Virus record (IMG/VR): IMGVR_UViG_3300031576_001126
Span: 1-64,000 of that record
Source: a virus
Direction: 5' to 3' (one strand)
DNA: 64,000 nucleotides
A program made the position numbers and the translations under genes. Positions 17,679 to 28,163 of this stretch are shown here, piece after piece (within the stretch, counting starts at the first letter, position 1; the number at the start of each line of letters is the position of its first letter). The notes under the pieces were generated by a model, which saw nothing but the letters and a program-made list of their open reading frames with translations, made no database searches and was not told where the DNA came from.

Positions 17679-18182
17679 ATGAGTGTTTTTACTACACCTA
17701 AAAAAATAGTCGATGTAGAAATTAACTATATTATAACTGAAGAAGATGGAATTGTTATTGTTCCAGAAAAGGATCTTGTCAAGGATGATTTTAAAAATAA
17801 AATAAAAACAGCTAAGGCTGAATTTGCTTATGAACGCTGGGATGATTTTAATCGCTGTATGAAAATGTCTCTTTCAAAAGATCCTCTTTCTGGAGAAATT
17901 ATTTTTGATCCTGTTGCTCTTAAAGAGATTCGTTTAAAACGTCTTCTTAAAAAATTAATTGATGGAGACGGAAATAATGTTGAAATAAATGAAAAAGAAA
18001 TTGCAAGCTGGTCTCCAGATTTTTGCATGGCCTTAATGGACAATTATAATAAGAAAATAGATAGAAAATCCTCAGAAATATTTAAGAGTTTTGAGGAAGC
18101 AGCAGAATACTTCAAAAACATTATTGATAAAGAAACTGAAAAACTATCTAAAGTGGAAGAAAAAAAAGAGGAAGTAAAATAA
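17679..18182 (+). CDS. Tail assembly chaperone (gpG-like)
   Basis: Lies between tube and tape measure genes; GGAGG RBS; DP..LK..RLKRLL..L.DGDG..V.IN pattern. Confidence 0.65.
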   Translation: MSVFTTPKKIVDVEINYIITEEDGIVIVPEKDLVKDDFKNKIKTAKAEFAYERWDDFNRCMKMSLSKDPLSGEIIFDPVALKEIRLKRLLKKLIDGDGNNVEINEKEIASWSPDFCMALMDNYNKKIDRKSSEIFKSFEEAAEYFKNIIDKETEKLSKVEEKKEEVK

Positions 18183-18192
18183 GGTAAAATTA

Positions 18193-18894
18193 ATGTCGAG
18201 TCTTTTTTCAGTAGAAAATGACAATGTAATATCATTTGATTTTTACTACAGACCAAGATCAATAAATGAATTTGGTGAAAAAGTCATAGATATTTTTGAA
18301 TCTAAAATAGAAAAACCACCATCTTATTTCTTTAAAGGTCACATATATATTCGTTATCCAACATGGGCGATAATGAATGATATTAGCAGATCAAGCAGTA
18401 AAGTTAATTCTTACACAGGAAAATCAGAAATAGATCCATATCAATATAGGGATTATAAATTAAAAAGACTTCTTCTTAAAATAGAAGATCATGAAGGAGA
18501 AGTAATCTTTGTCAACGATGAATTCGTTGATTCAATGAATCCTGTTTTAGCCACTTTTATTTTAAATAAAATAGATCAAATATTAGATTCTCAGCATAAT
18601 GAAAACTCTTTATCCAAAGAAGAAGCCAAAGAATTGGCTTTAGATGTTTTTAATTATTTAAAGAGAAAAAAAGAAAGAGAAAGTGGGCACAGAACTACGA
18701 TTCCACCCATGCCTTCGATTATGTTGGTGATGAATTTATGTGATAGATTTCATGTTATGCCGGACGAAGCTAGGCGGATTTCTACAAGAGACTTGGAGAT
18801 GATGTCGATTGTAGAGGAGCAAACGGATGTAGTATCTAATCCTGATAAGTATGGATATGGAGATCCAGACAGGTGGGTGAAGTTTAAGCAGTAG
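18193..18894 (+). CDS. Tail assembly chaperone paralogue with C-terminal gpT-like segment
   Basis: Homologous to 17679-18182 (DPY..RDYKLKRLL.KIEDHEG..IFVN), plus a C-terminal LCDRFHVMPDEARRI motif. Confidence 0.62.
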   Translation: MSSLFSVENDNVISFDFYYRPRSINEFGEKVIDIFESKIEKPPSYFFKGHIYIRYPTWAIMNDISRSSSKVNSYTGKSEIDPYQYRDYKLKRLLLKIEDHEGEVIFVNDEFVDSMNPVLATFILNKIDQILDSQHNENSLSKEEAKELALDVFNYLKRKKERESGHRTTIPPMPSIMLVMNLCDRFHVMPDEARRISTRDLEMMSIVEEQTDVVSNPDKYGYGDPDRWVKFKQ

Positions 18895-18906
18895 AAAGTC
18901 AATTCT

Positions 18907-19041
18907 TTATTCTCTATTTCCTAAGGCCCCTATCCAAATTCCCGTAAATACGGCGAAAAAAGCATAGAGAAACCAAGGTAGTGGTCCGAATATCCAATGT
19001 AAAGTAGCAAGCAATATGATATTTGTAATTATGCTTGTCAT
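18907..19041 (-). CDS. Small hydrophobic membrane protein (44 aa), antisense to the tail operon
   Basis: MTSIITNIILLATLHWIFGPLPWFLYAFFAVFTGIWIGALGNRE*, preceded by an AAAGGAG RBS 8 nt upstream; too short for the ORF track. Confidence 0.65.
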   Translation of the reverse strand: MTSIITNIILLATLHWIFGPLPWFLYAFFAVFTGIWIGALGNRE

Positions 19042-19195
19042 TATTGAACTCCTTTCTTTTCATTCGCCTGCCCGCAGGCCAATCCCTACGGGATGTCGGT
19101 TATAGTTTGATATAGAAAAGAATATATGTCAAGGACTTTTTTTCATAGACACAGAATTATAAAAAAGGACAAATTTCAGAGAGTAAAAAATCAGA

Positions 19196-22100
19196 ATGGC
19201 AAATACAAGTCAATTAATTTCTGCACTTCAGCAAATTCCAGCTTTATCTTCAGCATCCACTAGACAGCTTAATGATGTTGCTCGTTCCATTGAAAATATG
19301 GGACGTTCCTCACAATTTTCTTCAAAAGAAATTGGAGGAATGTTCGGCACAATATCAAACAAAATTAATCAACTTAACACTATATTGAGATCGTCAGAAC
19401 AATTTTTTAGAGCGCCGATTCAATCAATAAAGGCTTTTGGAAAATCATTTGATGATGTAATTAAAACAGCAGGAGTTTATCAGCAAAATTTATTTTTAAC
19501 ATCAAATTCTCTTGCTAAAGTTTCTGGAGCTTTTAAAACTACCGGCCAAGCTGCTATGTTCTATAGCAAAGAACTTCAGAACATAACACAAAGCACAAAA
19601 CTCGGAACATTAGAGGCACAAAGATTATATGATTCATTTACAACTGCATATAAAGGCATTAGAGACGAATCTGCTTTAAGATCCGTAAGAGAATTAATAA
19701 TTGCTGTTGGAAATCTTGGATTGACTGCCGAAGAAACCGGGAAAAAACTTGCCGTTATAGAAGAAATTGGAAATAAATATGCTGAATTTAGAAAAGGTAT
19801 AAACGAAACAAATATTGGTCTTGCTCTACTTTTGCGTCAACAAGGAAAATTAAGTGATATTCAGATAAGAGCAGGAATTGAAATTGGCGGAGCAGTTAGA
19901 ACAAGAGAAACTGGTGCGGCAGGAATTGTTGGCTCGGCTTTTAGACCAGTGGCAGAATTTGCTCAACAAAGAAGCCAGAGACAACAAGAATTGGCTTTAA
20001 ATATGGCAATCATACAATCGGAAAGAGAAGAATTTAAAAAAATGGTAGATATGGAAATGAAGATGTATGATCTTGCCGACGCAATGACTGGCCTTATTGC
20101 AAAAATGGAAAATTGGGCAGAAATAACAAATACCATAGCAGATACATTAAAAGAATTAATAGATCCTCTCCTTGTAATTTTTGGTGGACAAGGAATAAGA
20201 ATGCTTACAAATTTTTTAACCAAGGGGGCTGGCTCTATGGTTGCCGGTGCTGCGGCAGGTGGGGCAGCAGGTGGGGCAGCAACAGGAATGGGATCGGCAT
20301 TGTCTTTAGGAAGACTTATTCCTGGAATTGGAACTTTATTAACCAGCGGCACATTAATGTACGGAGGATACAAGGCTTATCAAGCCTATCGGGGATATCA
20401 AGCTGAAAAAAAAATCGCTGGCGAGGCTGATCCTGGAAAAATGAAAGAAGCTACTATGACAATAGCAGCATTGAAATCTTTGGCTGGAGAAAAGGGAATA
20501 AGTGAAGAGAAAGGAAAAGAAATTCTTACCTTGGCAGAAGGATATGCCAAGAAAATAAACGAGGCAGCATCTGCAAATAAATGGACAGAAGTGGCCGCAT
20601 TGACGGAAGCAGCGGCAAAACAGGTGGACAGATATAGTGCCGCATTGGATTATGCTGTTTCTCCTCTTGGAAAAATGCAAGAACGAATTCAACAAATAGA
20701 AAATGAAACATCTGCTCTTGTTGAAACTTCTGGTCAATTGGCTCAAGAATATGGTGCTCATGCTCAGGTTATGTTTGAAACCTATGGAGATGCGGTTTCA
20801 GCAGCAAATGCTCTTAATGCGCAAGTAGAAATGCTTAGAAAATCTGCCATTGGGGCCGAACGGGCTTCTGAAGAATATACTAAAATGTATGAAGAACTTG
20901 GGCCCTTGTTTAATGCCGAATACGAAAGCAAAATGAAAGCCGCAGAAGCAGCAAAACAAGCCGGAGAAGAAGACAAGGCGAGAAAACTAGAACAAGAAGC
21001 CATCAATGCTCTGTTAAGTAAACAAGCCATAGAGCAATTGGCAATTTCTAATGCAATGCAAGCAATATCCAAACATGCCGGTGTGTATAAAGCGGAATTG
21101 GAGGCAACGACAAAAATATTGGATAGACAAGCATCCTTACAGCAAACAGATTTAGAAACAGCAGAAAGAAGACTTGAATATCATACAGCTTTAAAAATAG
21201 GAATGGGTGTCCAAATTCAAGATATATTGAAAGCAGCAAAAGAAACAATGAAATTGGCTCAAATAGAATTTTCAAGAGCAGATGCTTTGGATAAATTAGC
21301 TCAAAAAATGAGCAGAGAGCATGCAAGCAGAGAATCTATAATCAATATTGAACAACAAGCACAACAAGCCAGAAATGCGGGATTGGGAAAAGAGACTGCG
21401 GCTCTTGAAAAAATGAAAAGTTTGAGAGAGGGCTATCTTAGTGCTTTTGCAGCATCTTCTTTTGGTGTCGGAGGTTTTGCCGAATTAATGGTAAGTCCAG
21501 AAGCTGGCGCTCAATTCCTTGCTCCTTCTCCAAGTTTAGGAAGAACTTTTAAAACGGAAGCAGAAGCCACAAAGGCAGCAATGCCAGGAGGTCTTAGAAG
21601 AACATTGTTCGGTTATGAGGGTGATCTTGGAGCTTATTCTGAAGATAAATACATGTCCATGTTTGGAGGTGGAGAATATGGTAAAATGGTATCTACCGGC
21701 AATATTGCTCCAACAGTTCAAGTGGGAGCAGATATTGGTCAAATAGCCAGTGCAAGTCAAGGCCAACTTGCATTTTTAGGACAAATAACAAAAGAAGCTC
21801 AAGAACAAACAAGACTTATGAAAGAATCTAGGACTACTGGAGGTAGTAATTTAGAAAAAAGATATACTTCTACAGTTAGAGCCAGGGGATATGCCAAGGG
21901 AGGAGTTATTGGCGGATCTAGTAACGGAGACACTGTGCCTGCAATGTTGACGCCTGGAGAATATGTTGTTCCTAAAAAAGATGCCCAGTTTGTGAAATCT
22001 TTACTTGAAGACGGAGTAAGGGGATATGCTGATGGCGGAGAGATAAGTGACAACAATATGGAAGAAATACACAATATATTAAAAAAACGAAGGACAACGA

Positions 22101-22888
22101 GCAATCCTGTTCTTGAAATAGCATTAGCTAGAGTAAGAAGCAAACATGGGAAAGAAAGAAAGGCAATGGAAGGTCTTCACGAAGCGCTTACGGAGATGAC
22201 TCCTTCCATGAAAACATACACTTTAGAAAAGTATAAAAACACTCCTGAAATTAAAAAACATCAAACTGAAATGGGAATGGCGATGATGGCTCTTAGTGGG
22301 ATGGGCACAAATAAGACAGGGCCGGCATTAAATTTGGCCGATCTCCATAAAAAAGCCAGAATTCGTGATTTATTTTCTGGAAAGGGTGCAATATCTCGAT
22401 TGGCTGAAGCTAGAGTTTCAACTTCAACTTATTCCTCTCCAATTGCCGATTATGGTCTTTTCAATCCAGAAGGTTTCCGTGCCGACGTATCGGAAGACAT
22501 ATGGAGTGGATTAAAATCAGCGGGGAGTTGGCTCTCCTCAATGAAAATATTTGATCCAAAACTATGGATGGCTGCACAAACCAGGGGAACATCGCTTGAG
22601 ACCATGTGGCCAAGTTATTCCAGCTATGCAGACGTTCCAGGATTTCCAGTATTTCATAATGGAGGGATTACCCAGGGGGGACCAATAAACACGATTCCTG
22701 GCGAACTTGTTGTGCCTCCTCCTGCTGCTCAGAATCTTATTAAATCGCATGAATCCAGTGGAGGTAAATTTAATGGTTCTTTAGAAATAATTTTGGATAC
22801 CGGAAGAGAGAGAATCAAAAAAATAGTCACAATAAATCAACTAGAATCAGGACAAGCAAGATTTAATGTTGGTTCAAATCTTTTGTAA
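19196..22888 (+). CDS. Tail tape measure protein
   Basis: 1230 aa, Ala/Glu/Gln-rich helical sequence with a Gly/Ala hydrophobic segment. C-terminal GYAKGG...DTVPAMLTPGEYVV, GYADGG and FHNGG...PGELVVP motifs; canonical position. Confidence 0.88.
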   Translation: MANTSQLISALQQIPALSSASTRQLNDVARSIENMGRSSQFSSKEIGGMFGTISNKINQLNTILRSSEQFFRAPIQSIKAFGKSFDDVIKTAGVYQQNLFLTSNSLAKVSGAFKTTGQAAMFYSKELQNITQSTKLGTLEAQRLYDSFTTAYKGIRDESALRSVRELIIAVGNLGLTAEETGKKLAVIEEIGNKYAEFRKGINETNIGLALLLRQQGKLSDIQIRAGIEIGGAVRTRETGAAGIVGSAFRPVAEFAQQRSQRQQELALNMAIIQSEREEFKKMVDMEMKMYDLADAMTGLIAKMENWAEITNTIADTLKELIDPLLVIFGGQGIRMLTNFLTKGAGSMVAGAAAGGAAGGAATGMGSALSLGRLIPGIGTLLTSGTLMYGGYKAYQAYRGYQAEKKIAGEADPGKMKEATMTIAALKSLAGEKGISEEKGKEILTLAEGYAKKINEAASANKWTEVAALTEAAAKQVDRYSAALDYAVSPLGKMQERIQQIENETSALVETSGQLAQEYGAHAQVMFETYGDAVSAANALNAQVEMLRKSAIGAERASEEYTKMYEELGPLFNAEYESKMKAAEAAKQAGEEDKARKLEQEAINALLSKQAIEQLAISNAMQAISKHAGVYKAELEATTKILDRQASLQQTDLETAERRLEYHTALKIGMGVQIQDILKAAKETMKLAQIEFSRADALDKLAQKMSREHASRESIINIEQQAQQARNAGLGKETAALEKMKSLREGYLSAFAASSFGVGGFAELMVSPEAGAQFLAPSPSLGRTFKTEAEATKAAMPGGLRRTLFGYEGDLGAYSEDKYMSMFGGGEYGKMVSTGNIAPTVQVGADIGQIASASQGQLAFLGQITKEAQEQTRLMKESRTTGGSNLEKRYTSTVRARGYAKGGVIGGSSNGDTVPAMLTPGEYVVPKKDAQFVKSLLEDGVRGYADGGEISDNNMEEIHNILKKRRTTSNPVLEIALARVRSKHGKERKAMEGLHEALTEMTPSMKTYTLEKYKNTPEIKKHQTEMGMAMMALSGMGTNKTGPALNLADLHKKARIRDLFSGKGAISRLAEARVSTSTYSSPIADYGLFNPEGFRADVSEDIWSGLKSAGSWLSSMKIFDPKLWMAAQTRGTSLETMWPSYSSYADVPGFPVFHNGGITQGGPINTIPGELVVPPPAAQNLIKSHESSGGKFNGSLEIILDTGRERIKKIVTINQLESGQARFNVGSNLL

Positions 22889-22897
22889 GAGACAAAA

Positions 22898-25800
22898 ATG
22901 GCAAAAGTACGAAGAGCAACATTTTTTTTCCCTGCTCTTGAAGTAAATCCAATTCAAATCAATTCCCAAACAGAAGATGTGAATGAGCTTACAAACTTGA
23001 GGGTTTGGATAACGGATTTTCCTTTAGTCTTTGATCCGGTTTTAGTTGTAGTTAGGCCACCAGAATCTTTTGAAGAACTGGCAGAATTACAAAAACTTCC
23101 ACAAAACACGCCATTAGATGCAAACGGAACTCCAAATAGAACAGGGAAATATTCTGCGTCACAATATTTTATAGGCGTTGCGCTAAACGATATTATAATT
23201 CATGATGGAGTTTTTAAAATAGTTGACGGAATAAAAGCTGAATTTGTTCAAGATGCGGCAGGTTCGAATTCAAATCCGAACTCTCTTCCAAAATCTCGTG
23301 GTTTAGTTAAAATAGACACAAGTAAAATAAATTTTGGAGTATTGGATAATGTAAAAATAGTTGTAATGAAAGCCAATACTTATTCACCGTGGCTTTATTA
23401 TGGAAGTATCCCAGAAAGAGCAGCACTAGCGAATAAAGATGATAGATTTATAGCATCTCAAGGAGCAATTTTCCCTCTTGATGAAAGCGAAATAATCCAA
23501 GCCGCTGGAATGAGATATTTTGTCGATGTTTTTAAAAGTCAAATAAGTGGACTTTCTTCTATTGGAACATTGACTTTTGCTCCGATATTTTATGGAGCAT
23601 CGGATATAAATAGTTCGATTTCAGATCTTTTTTTCATGGGAGATGTATTAGACGGGGATGGAAGTCTTGGATATAGAAGTTTTATTACATTTAAGGTCCT
23701 TCAAATTCAAGAGTCTTTAGAATTGGGAGGAATAGAAATTCCAGCTTTGGCCGTTCAAAGAGCCGATGCTTTTAAAACAATAGATTATAGAAGTTTAGAA
23801 TATCAAAAAACAACAAATAAAATAAAAAAATCAATATCGGAATCAAACTATTATTTTTTAAATGATACTGACGAAGCTATAATCCCATATTATAAAATAG
23901 TTTCAATGGGTTTTCCTTTTATTTCTGAATTTATTGATTTCGATACCACGTTTATGTCTGTTTCTTTGCAAAATTTGATCAACTCTCCAGCAACAATCGC
24001 TTCTCAATTTGATTCACTAGTTGCTTTTCCACTGGCTATATCTGGCTTAATAACCACAGCAGAACAAGTAATTGAAAATGATATTGGAACATTTAAAAAA
24101 ATATGTGTTGTTTTTAGTGATCTTATTACTGAACTTAATGACGAAACAGCAAAGACAAACCTTCAAAAGGCCACAAGTCAATTTATAAGTAAATTTTCAA
24201 ACAGATCTGACATTAGATTAAAATTAGTTTTATTTATAACAGATAACAATAAAAAACAAGCCGCTATAAATTTGGCCAATTCAACTTTTGGACAACCAAA
24301 TGTTATTTTAACAGAAACTCAAACAGTAGCTTCTTTGGGATGGTTACATTTTGTTGGCGTTTTGTTAAAAACAGCAGGAATCGTTGCTTCTGAAAATGTG
24401 CTTGTCGAAAGTGAAAAGGGAATAAATGCAAATACATTAAAACAGAATATGTTAAGAATAACAAAATCATCTGGAGTTTCTTCGGGCACTGATTTTGACA
24501 GAGATGGGACAATATCATTATTAGATCTGAGACATTATGATTTAACAACAAAATTCAAACCAACCGCTACACAAAATACATTGACTTCGTTCTTAGGGGA
24601 TCCTATCTCAGAAATGATATTTTGGAAAAAGATATCTCCAATAGGCCAATTGTTTAATTTTATAGGAACTGTGCAATCCACGGATTATTTATCTGGTGGA
24701 AATATTATGTTGACGGTAAAAATAAAATGGCCTTCGAATGCTACTCAACCAGAACCCAAAGACAACATAATAAAAGTTCTCGTGGAATATGCGGCTAAAA
24801 CAAATCTTAATGACTTGACTGGAGAAATAGAATTCCAAGGCAGATTATTTTATCCGGGTTATATGATAAACACAAGTATAAACAATGTTATTAAATTTAA
24901 TACAACAAGAGAAATATCAGCATGGTTTAGAGTTTTTAGCAGCACTGCGCAACAAATAATAAATTTTGGATCAAGTAACAATACAAAAGAAGAGCCATTG
25001 ATTATTATTAGAAGTAATTATTTTTCATCTTCTGGTGGACAAAATCAAAATAGTGTTTCTAAAATATTTACTTCTCCCAATGCCACTTCAACAACAGTTT
25101 CTTCCCTGTCCCTAGTCTCTGGGCCTGACGAAGTAAATGACTATCTTAATTTGTTTGGAAATGATTCCAGAATTCTCTTAAAAACTGAAACCCCATGTGG
25201 TGTTGATAAAACTATAGATCTTTTTGACTCTGGAAATACTGATGTGGTTTTTTCGAATATTAAATTTGATATTATTGTTCCAGAAACAGAAAAACCTCCG
25301 TCTCCAGATAATGAAGATAACGAAGGGTTAATTGGAGACTTCGAATATGAACTTCAATATAAAGCGCAAGGAGTTCCGCAACAAAATGGACAAGATGTTT
25401 ATAATACTCTTGATAAGTTTTTCAGTGTAACCGTTTTTGACGGAGATATTGTCGATAATAAAAGAATATTTACAATAAATGTGGATCCGGGTGCTATAAA
25501 AACTTTAATTTGTAAAGAAACAGTAGCCGATTTTCAGCTTCCGCAAGATAGTCCAGAGAAGGGAAAAGAATTCAATATAACATATAATTATCCAAAGAAG
25601 AACGATGGAACGGATTATATTTGGACTTGGAAACCTGAAGAATGGTCTTTTGTGATAAAAAAGAACAATAAAATTTTAAATGACGCAGATTTTGAGATTC
25701 CGCCAGTTCCTCCGGCTCTAACCACAACTCCGACTCAAGGAAGCCCTTCTCCGCCGGTTCCTTCTCAACCCGTGGCTACGGGTTCTTTTAAATTGAAAAA

Positions 25801-28147
25801 TAAAATTAATCTTCAAGAAGATGTTCTTGTGGCCGAATTTATAAATATAGCAGCGAATCAAAAGGGAATAAAAATAGGGTCGAAATTAAGGTTAAAGGGG
25901 GTGAGTGGGCCTGCCATTGATCCTCCGAAATTTAATAATTTAAAAGTTAATTTTTCAAGCGAAAAAAGCATTGAAAGAGTTGAATGTCATTTTTCCTCAA
26001 CAGCGCAAGGTGATAGTTTTTACTTGACAACACCAGCCAATGGATTTGTTTCTTTAAGTGGATATGGTTGGAGTTTTGAACAAGAAGTTGGAACGGAAAG
26101 ATCTGGTTTTACGGATTCGACAAGAATCATAGGAAATTTAACTGGACCAACTTTATATTTTGATGCCTTTTCAAATTCAATAGAAGAAAAAACAATAAGC
26201 AAATCTACACTTGATCCAAGGTTTTTCCCAACGGTTGATATTGTTTTTAGTAATGTTGTCAATACTTTTGGTATTCCGTTCATGGAAATATTGGCTATAC
26301 TATTTGATATTCCTCCTCCTCCGGATATTGATAGATTTGCTTCGGTGCGAAGTAGAATAACAGAAAAACTTACATTAGTATTTAATACAGAAAACTTTTT
26401 GCAACAAAAGTATAGTTTCACAAATTTTGTAGATTATAACACGGACGATGGTTGGGATTTTATGAAAACAAGTCTCAGAAAAAATATACCAATATATTCT
26501 GAGATTTTTTCTAAAGCGGATCTTAATTTTTCTACTTCTGGCAATGAAATAATTATCGACGTTGCTAATCCGGAATCGGCAGCCACACAAGGAGAGAATA
26601 CCGAACAAGCAGTTAATGCCGATAAGATTTTAGTGGCAATAGGAATAGAAGCAAATATTCAAAAAGATATTATAGATATAACCACCAACGAAACTGTTAA
26701 CTATGAACTTCAAGGATCAGTGGATGGTTTAACATTCGTCCCCTTTGGATATACCAATGGGCTAAATGAAAGTTTGTCATTAATAATAACAATAAAAGAT
26801 CTTAAAAATATATATTTCCAAATACCAGATACAACTTTAAAAGGATTTACAAAATTAAAATTAGTTCCAATAGAAAGCAGTTCGACAATAACTCCAATCA
26901 AAATTATTGGATCTTTTATAGGGTCATATACAGTCGGCAGAAGTCCTGCTGTTTTTGAGACTAATTTTGGAGAATATATTTTATTTTTTGTCAGAGATAT
27001 AACATCAATAAATCAAAAACAACTGGTTGCTTTAGTGAGTTTGCAAGATGGACAGACATGGCATCGCCCATCTGTCTCTTCGATGATTACTGTTCAAGCT
27101 CAAGATGAAAAGGGGAACAAGACTACATCGGTTCAACCCAATCCTCAGTTTGAGAACCCAATCATAGTTTTAACTGGATATTCTAGTCCGGTTTTATTAA
27201 AAAGCAATATTGCGGATACTTTTTATATATTTGTTTTTAATAGTAGAGTATTGCCGGGAACTATTGAAATGGTTGAAATGGAAAGAGCATTGTTTTTTAA
27301 ATTGGAGGAAGATAATTCATCTTCTGCTAGTGATTTAGAAGTTGAAACTCCAGATGAAACTCAAACATCTTTGGTAAATACGGATGAAGTAATTTCTTAT
27401 GCAAGAGTTTTTAAGGCAAATGCTTTGGGGAATTTTAATCATGTAAAAACAGTATTAAAAAAAGCCTCTAATATTTATACTGTTGAATTGCTTAAAACCG
27501 GAGACTTATATTGCGCTCTTTTAGATAGTTCTGGACAATTTAGAGTCAAATATAACAGAGCATTAGGAGGAGGATCAATTGATACTTCGTTTAATTGGGA
27601 AGATTTGGGCATTAATTTATTGGACACAACGACAGACAATGGTGATGGAACCAAGGGATCTTATTTAAGCAAAGTTGCAAACAATTCAAATATTGGGGCT
27701 TTGACTTTAAAATATTCATATATAGAAGATATTTTGTGGTTATTTGTGTCCACATCGAATTCTGCGGCATTAAATCCAGGTAGATTATTTCTAATTAAAT
27801 TGCCCGAAGCCATTATTAAGCCTCCAGCTTTAAAAACCAATCCAAATGATAATGAAAAACATATTTTCGAAGGAGAAGAATTAACTGATACCGAATTGGA
27901 TAAGAAATTTCAAGTAACTTTTAATCGGATAAAACCAATTTTATCTTTTGGGAAAAAAGAAGGATTGAATCCAGAATTTATAGAAATAAACAATAATGGA
28001 ACAGTAGACGATTTCCCTTCGCAAATTATCGCAGTAGAATGGCTAGAAAATGGCGACGGTCAAATATATTTTGTCTTTGAAAATAATATAAAATCAAGAA
28101 TAACAAAATCAAGTGGTTTATATTGGGCGGATTATTCCAACATATAG
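22898..28147 (+). CDS. Large tail-tip/baseplate protein with C-terminal beta-propeller-like region
   Basis: 1749 aa directly after the tape measure gene. Asp-box-like SLQDGQTW and TKSSGLYW; EF-hand/dockerin-like DFDRDGTISLLD. Confidence 0.5.
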   Translation: MAKVRRATFFFPALEVNPIQINSQTEDVNELTNLRVWITDFPLVFDPVLVVVRPPESFEELAELQKLPQNTPLDANGTPNRTGKYSASQYFIGVALNDIIIHDGVFKIVDGIKAEFVQDAAGSNSNPNSLPKSRGLVKIDTSKINFGVLDNVKIVVMKANTYSPWLYYGSIPERAALANKDDRFIASQGAIFPLDESEIIQAAGMRYFVDVFKSQISGLSSIGTLTFAPIFYGASDINSSISDLFFMGDVLDGDGSLGYRSFITFKVLQIQESLELGGIEIPALAVQRADAFKTIDYRSLEYQKTTNKIKKSISESNYYFLNDTDEAIIPYYKIVSMGFPFISEFIDFDTTFMSVSLQNLINSPATIASQFDSLVAFPLAISGLITTAEQVIENDIGTFKKICVVFSDLITELNDETAKTNLQKATSQFISKFSNRSDIRLKLVLFITDNNKKQAAINLANSTFGQPNVILTETQTVASLGWLHFVGVLLKTAGIVASENVLVESEKGINANTLKQNMLRITKSSGVSSGTDFDRDGTISLLDLRHYDLTTKFKPTATQNTLTSFLGDPISEMIFWKKISPIGQLFNFIGTVQSTDYLSGGNIMLTVKIKWPSNATQPEPKDNIIKVLVEYAAKTNLNDLTGEIEFQGRLFYPGYMINTSINNVIKFNTTREISAWFRVFSSTAQQIINFGSSNNTKEEPLIIIRSNYFSSSGGQNQNSVSKIFTSPNATSTTVSSLSLVSGPDEVNDYLNLFGNDSRILLKTETPCGVDKTIDLFDSGNTDVVFSNIKFDIIVPETEKPPSPDNEDNEGLIGDFEYELQYKAQGVPQQNGQDVYNTLDKFFSVTVFDGDIVDNKRIFTINVDPGAIKTLICKETVADFQLPQDSPEKGKEFNITYNYPKKNDGTDYIWTWKPEEWSFVIKKNNKILNDADFEIPPVPPALTTTPTQGSPSPPVPSQPVATGSFKLKNKINLQEDVLVAEFINIAANQKGIKIGSKLRLKGVSGPAIDPPKFNNLKVNFSSEKSIERVECHFSSTAQGDSFYLTTPANGFVSLSGYGWSFEQEVGTERSGFTDSTRIIGNLTGPTLYFDAFSNSIEEKTISKSTLDPRFFPTVDIVFSNVVNTFGIPFMEILAILFDIPPPPDIDRFASVRSRITEKLTLVFNTENFLQQKYSFTNFVDYNTDDGWDFMKTSLRKNIPIYSEIFSKADLNFSTSGNEIIIDVANPESAATQGENTEQAVNADKILVAIGIEANIQKDIIDITTNETVNYELQGSVDGLTFVPFGYTNGLNESLSLIITIKDLKNIYFQIPDTTLKGFTKLKLVPIESSSTITPIKIIGSFIGSYTVGRSPAVFETNFGEYILFFVRDITSINQKQLVALVSLQDGQTWHRPSVSSMITVQAQDEKGNKTTSVQPNPQFENPIIVLTGYSSPVLLKSNIADTFYIFVFNSRVLPGTIEMVEMERALFFKLEEDNSSSASDLEVETPDETQTSLVNTDEVISYARVFKANALGNFNHVKTVLKKASNIYTVELLKTGDLYCALLDSSGQFRVKYNRALGGGSIDTSFNWEDLGINLLDTTTDNGDGTKGSYLSKVANNSNIGALTLKYSYIEDILWLFVSTSNSAALNPGRLFLIKLPEAIIKPPALKTNPNDNEKHIFEGEELTDTELDKKFQVTFNRIKPILSFGKKEGLNPEFIEINNNGTVDDFPSQIIAVEWLENGDGQIYFVFENNIKSRITKSSGLYWADYSNI

Positions 28148-28163
28148 AAGAGGTTAAAAGAAA

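Noticed and set aside
18150-18195. Slippery A-run (GAAGAAAAAAAAGAG) as a G/GT frameshift site
   Set aside because: The downstream gene has its own ATG and its own full G-like domain, and there are stop codons just upstream of it, so a frameshift fusion is neither needed nor supported.
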